A DNA stretch of 64,000 bases. Origin: an uncultured Bacilli bacterium. GTDB taxonomy: Bacteria; Bacillota_I; Bacilli_A; RF39; UBA660. The DNA lies in contig CAKOHV010000004.1 of assembly GCA_934086145.1 (NCBI GenBank), positions 2,354-66,353 of the forward strand, read 5' to 3'. The position numbers were made by a program, and so were the translations under genes. The number at the start of each line of letters is the position of its first letter. The stretch's first letter is position 1. Below the pieces are notes generated by a model, which did not search any database, was not told the origin of the DNA, and saw only the letters and a list, made by a program, of their open reading frames with translations. Positions 62,892-64,000 of this stretch are shown here, one piece after another.

Positions 62892-64000
62892 TTTTTTCTC
62901 CTATCTTTTATTCCAGGAATTGTCGGATCTTCTACATCAATATACCCCATGGTATCATTATCAAATAAACGTTGTAACTCATCTCTGGCGACTAAAACCA
63001 AATTTAACCCTGGTTCATACCTATATCTATCAATAATCAACTTACCTTTTTCATTTGGATGCTTCAAAGATATAATAGCTAGAGCTTGGGCAGCATTTTC
63101 TAAAGTATTTCTAATAATCGATATTCTTATATTATCATTTTGTTCTCTTCTAGAAAACAAAATTTTTCTTAATTGTAATAAATATGAATATGCATCTATT
63201 CCCACTAATTTTGAAGAATTAACCTTGTCTATTAAAATATCAATTTTTTCTTGAAGACCAACCTTTTCTATCATATCTGTCTTTTGTAAGAACTGAGCTA
63301 CTATGTCATCAAAACTTTCTAAACCATTAATTACATTTTGACTAATTTTTGGTTCTCTTTCTGCAATATATTGATAAACTTTGGCAACTTCAGCATCAAA
63401 CTCTGATCTTGTCTTAGAATTCTTATTTTCACAAACCAAACCCGTCAATTGTTGATTTAACTTCGCTTGCACTATATCACCTTGTAAAATACTAGTTACC
63501 GAATCGGCTTTTACTAAGTATTTCCCACATCGACATTTTAAAAAAGTATGTCCTTCACTATATTGATAATAATCATCATCAAACTCCGCTTCACCATCTT
63601 CACCATTAAATTCCACAACTCCCACAAAGTTCTTATAATTTATTCCTATTTTATGTAAAAGATAAGAATATATGGCATTAAATTCATAACATACAACTTC
63701 ATTATTTTCCAAAGATATACTCGAAATATGATCAATCGTTTTATGTTTTTGAACCAATGGCCCGCTTTGATTAACCGCATAAAATTCTTCATCATAAGTT
63801 AATGTTTTACACATTTTTATATAAATATATATGGCTTTTTCCAAACTATTAAACTCCGGATCAATTCCACTTAATAAAAAATCTTCTAGCTCAACATCAA
63901 CTTGAATTTGTTCCAACATCGAATCACTCGTATCAAGATATTTATTAATCATCTGGACATCAACAATATCCGAAGAAGTTATACTTTTTAAACGGTCTTT
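62888..64000 (-). CDS. Transglutaminase-like (Cys-His-Asp) domain protein, possibly N-terminally truncated by the window edge
   Basis: Cys in EVVCYEFNAIYSYLLHKIGI, His in YSEGHTFLKC and Asp in LVKADSV. The first ATG is at 63952 and has no obvious RBS. The frame stays open to 64000 (KDRLKSITSSDIVDVQM...), so the true start may lie outside the window. Confidence 0.6.
   Translation of the reverse strand, partial: KDRLKSITSSDIVDVQMINKYLDTSDSMLEQIQVDVELEDFLLSGIDPEFNSLEKAIYIYIKMCKTLTYDEEFYAVNQSGPLVQKHKTIDHISSISLENNEVVCYEFNAIYSYLLHKIGINYKNFVGVVEFNGEDGEAEFDDDYYQYSEGHTFLKCRCGKYLVKADSVTSILQGDIVQAKLNQQLTGLVCENKNSKTRSEFDAEVAKVYQYIAEREPKISQNVINGLESFDDIVAQFLQKTDMIEKVGLQEKIDILIDKVNSSKLVGIDAYSYLLQLRKILFSRREQNDNIRISIIRNTLENAAQALAIISLKHPNEKGKLIIDRYRYEPGLNLVLVARDELQRLFDNDTMGYIDVEDPTIPGIKDRRKK

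Noticed and set aside
1-64000. CRISPR arrays, rRNA genes, transposases/IS elements, prophage structural genes, and reverse transcriptase/retron or DGR components.
   Set aside because: No regularly spaced direct repeats, rRNA-like conserved blocks, DDE/serine/tyrosine recombinase motifs or RT motifs (YxDD) were seen in any long ORF or gap.

Overview
This is an AT-rich bacterial chromosome segment (roughly 27-30% GC by eye). It uses the standard genetic code: TGA terminates recG at 5165 and the acyltransferase gene at 26425, and Trp is TGG. Gene content fits a low-GC Bacillota, possibly Erysipelotrichia- or Clostridia-like, but the taxon cannot be proven from sequence alone.

Layout:
- 1-13 kb: housekeeping and miscellaneous genes. 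These are a GH31 fragment, a TIGR01212 radical SAM gene, an ASCH gene, a flippase-like membrane protein, recG, a Lys/Pro-rich membrane protein and pyruvate:ferredoxin oxidoreductase. Two promoter-plus-terminator-bounded candidate small RNAs with C-rich single-stranded motifs also lie here.
- 13-48.8 kb: a ~35-kb cell-envelope super-locus, almost entirely on the minus strand. It holds a TagO/WecA-type initiator, at least 8 glycosyltransferases, a split Alg14/Alg13-like GT pair and a Wzy/O-antigen-ligase-like protein. It also holds a TagGH-like ABC exporter, an acyltransferase, two LCP ligases, an LtaS-family synthase and two glucosaminidase-domain proteins. One of these carries a dockerin and sits next to a membrane protein with a cohesin-like domain.
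- Within that locus: a UbiA-family polyprenyl-phosphate phosphoribosyltransferase, a dedicated PRPP synthetase, a HAD-GtrA fusion and large GT-C-like membrane proteins. Together these suggest a lipid-linked pentofuranose donor route.
- Also within it: a prepilin-signal/DUF285 gene decayed by four in-frame stops and one frameshift. Two diverged, oppositely oriented copies of a ~100-nt TIR-bounded hairpin element bracket 19.5 kb of the locus.
- 49-64 kb: tRNA-Gly(GCC) followed by an accessory-looking block. It contains an HExxH protein, a SAMHD1-like HD protein, a frameshifted XRE regulator, an ASCH-NUDIX fusion and an HD + SpoT-hydrolase + P-loop triple fusion. It ends with a LemA-DUF2207 pair and two tandem modules, each a transglutaminase-like protein plus a small protein.

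No rRNA, CRISPR array, transposase or integrase was seen.
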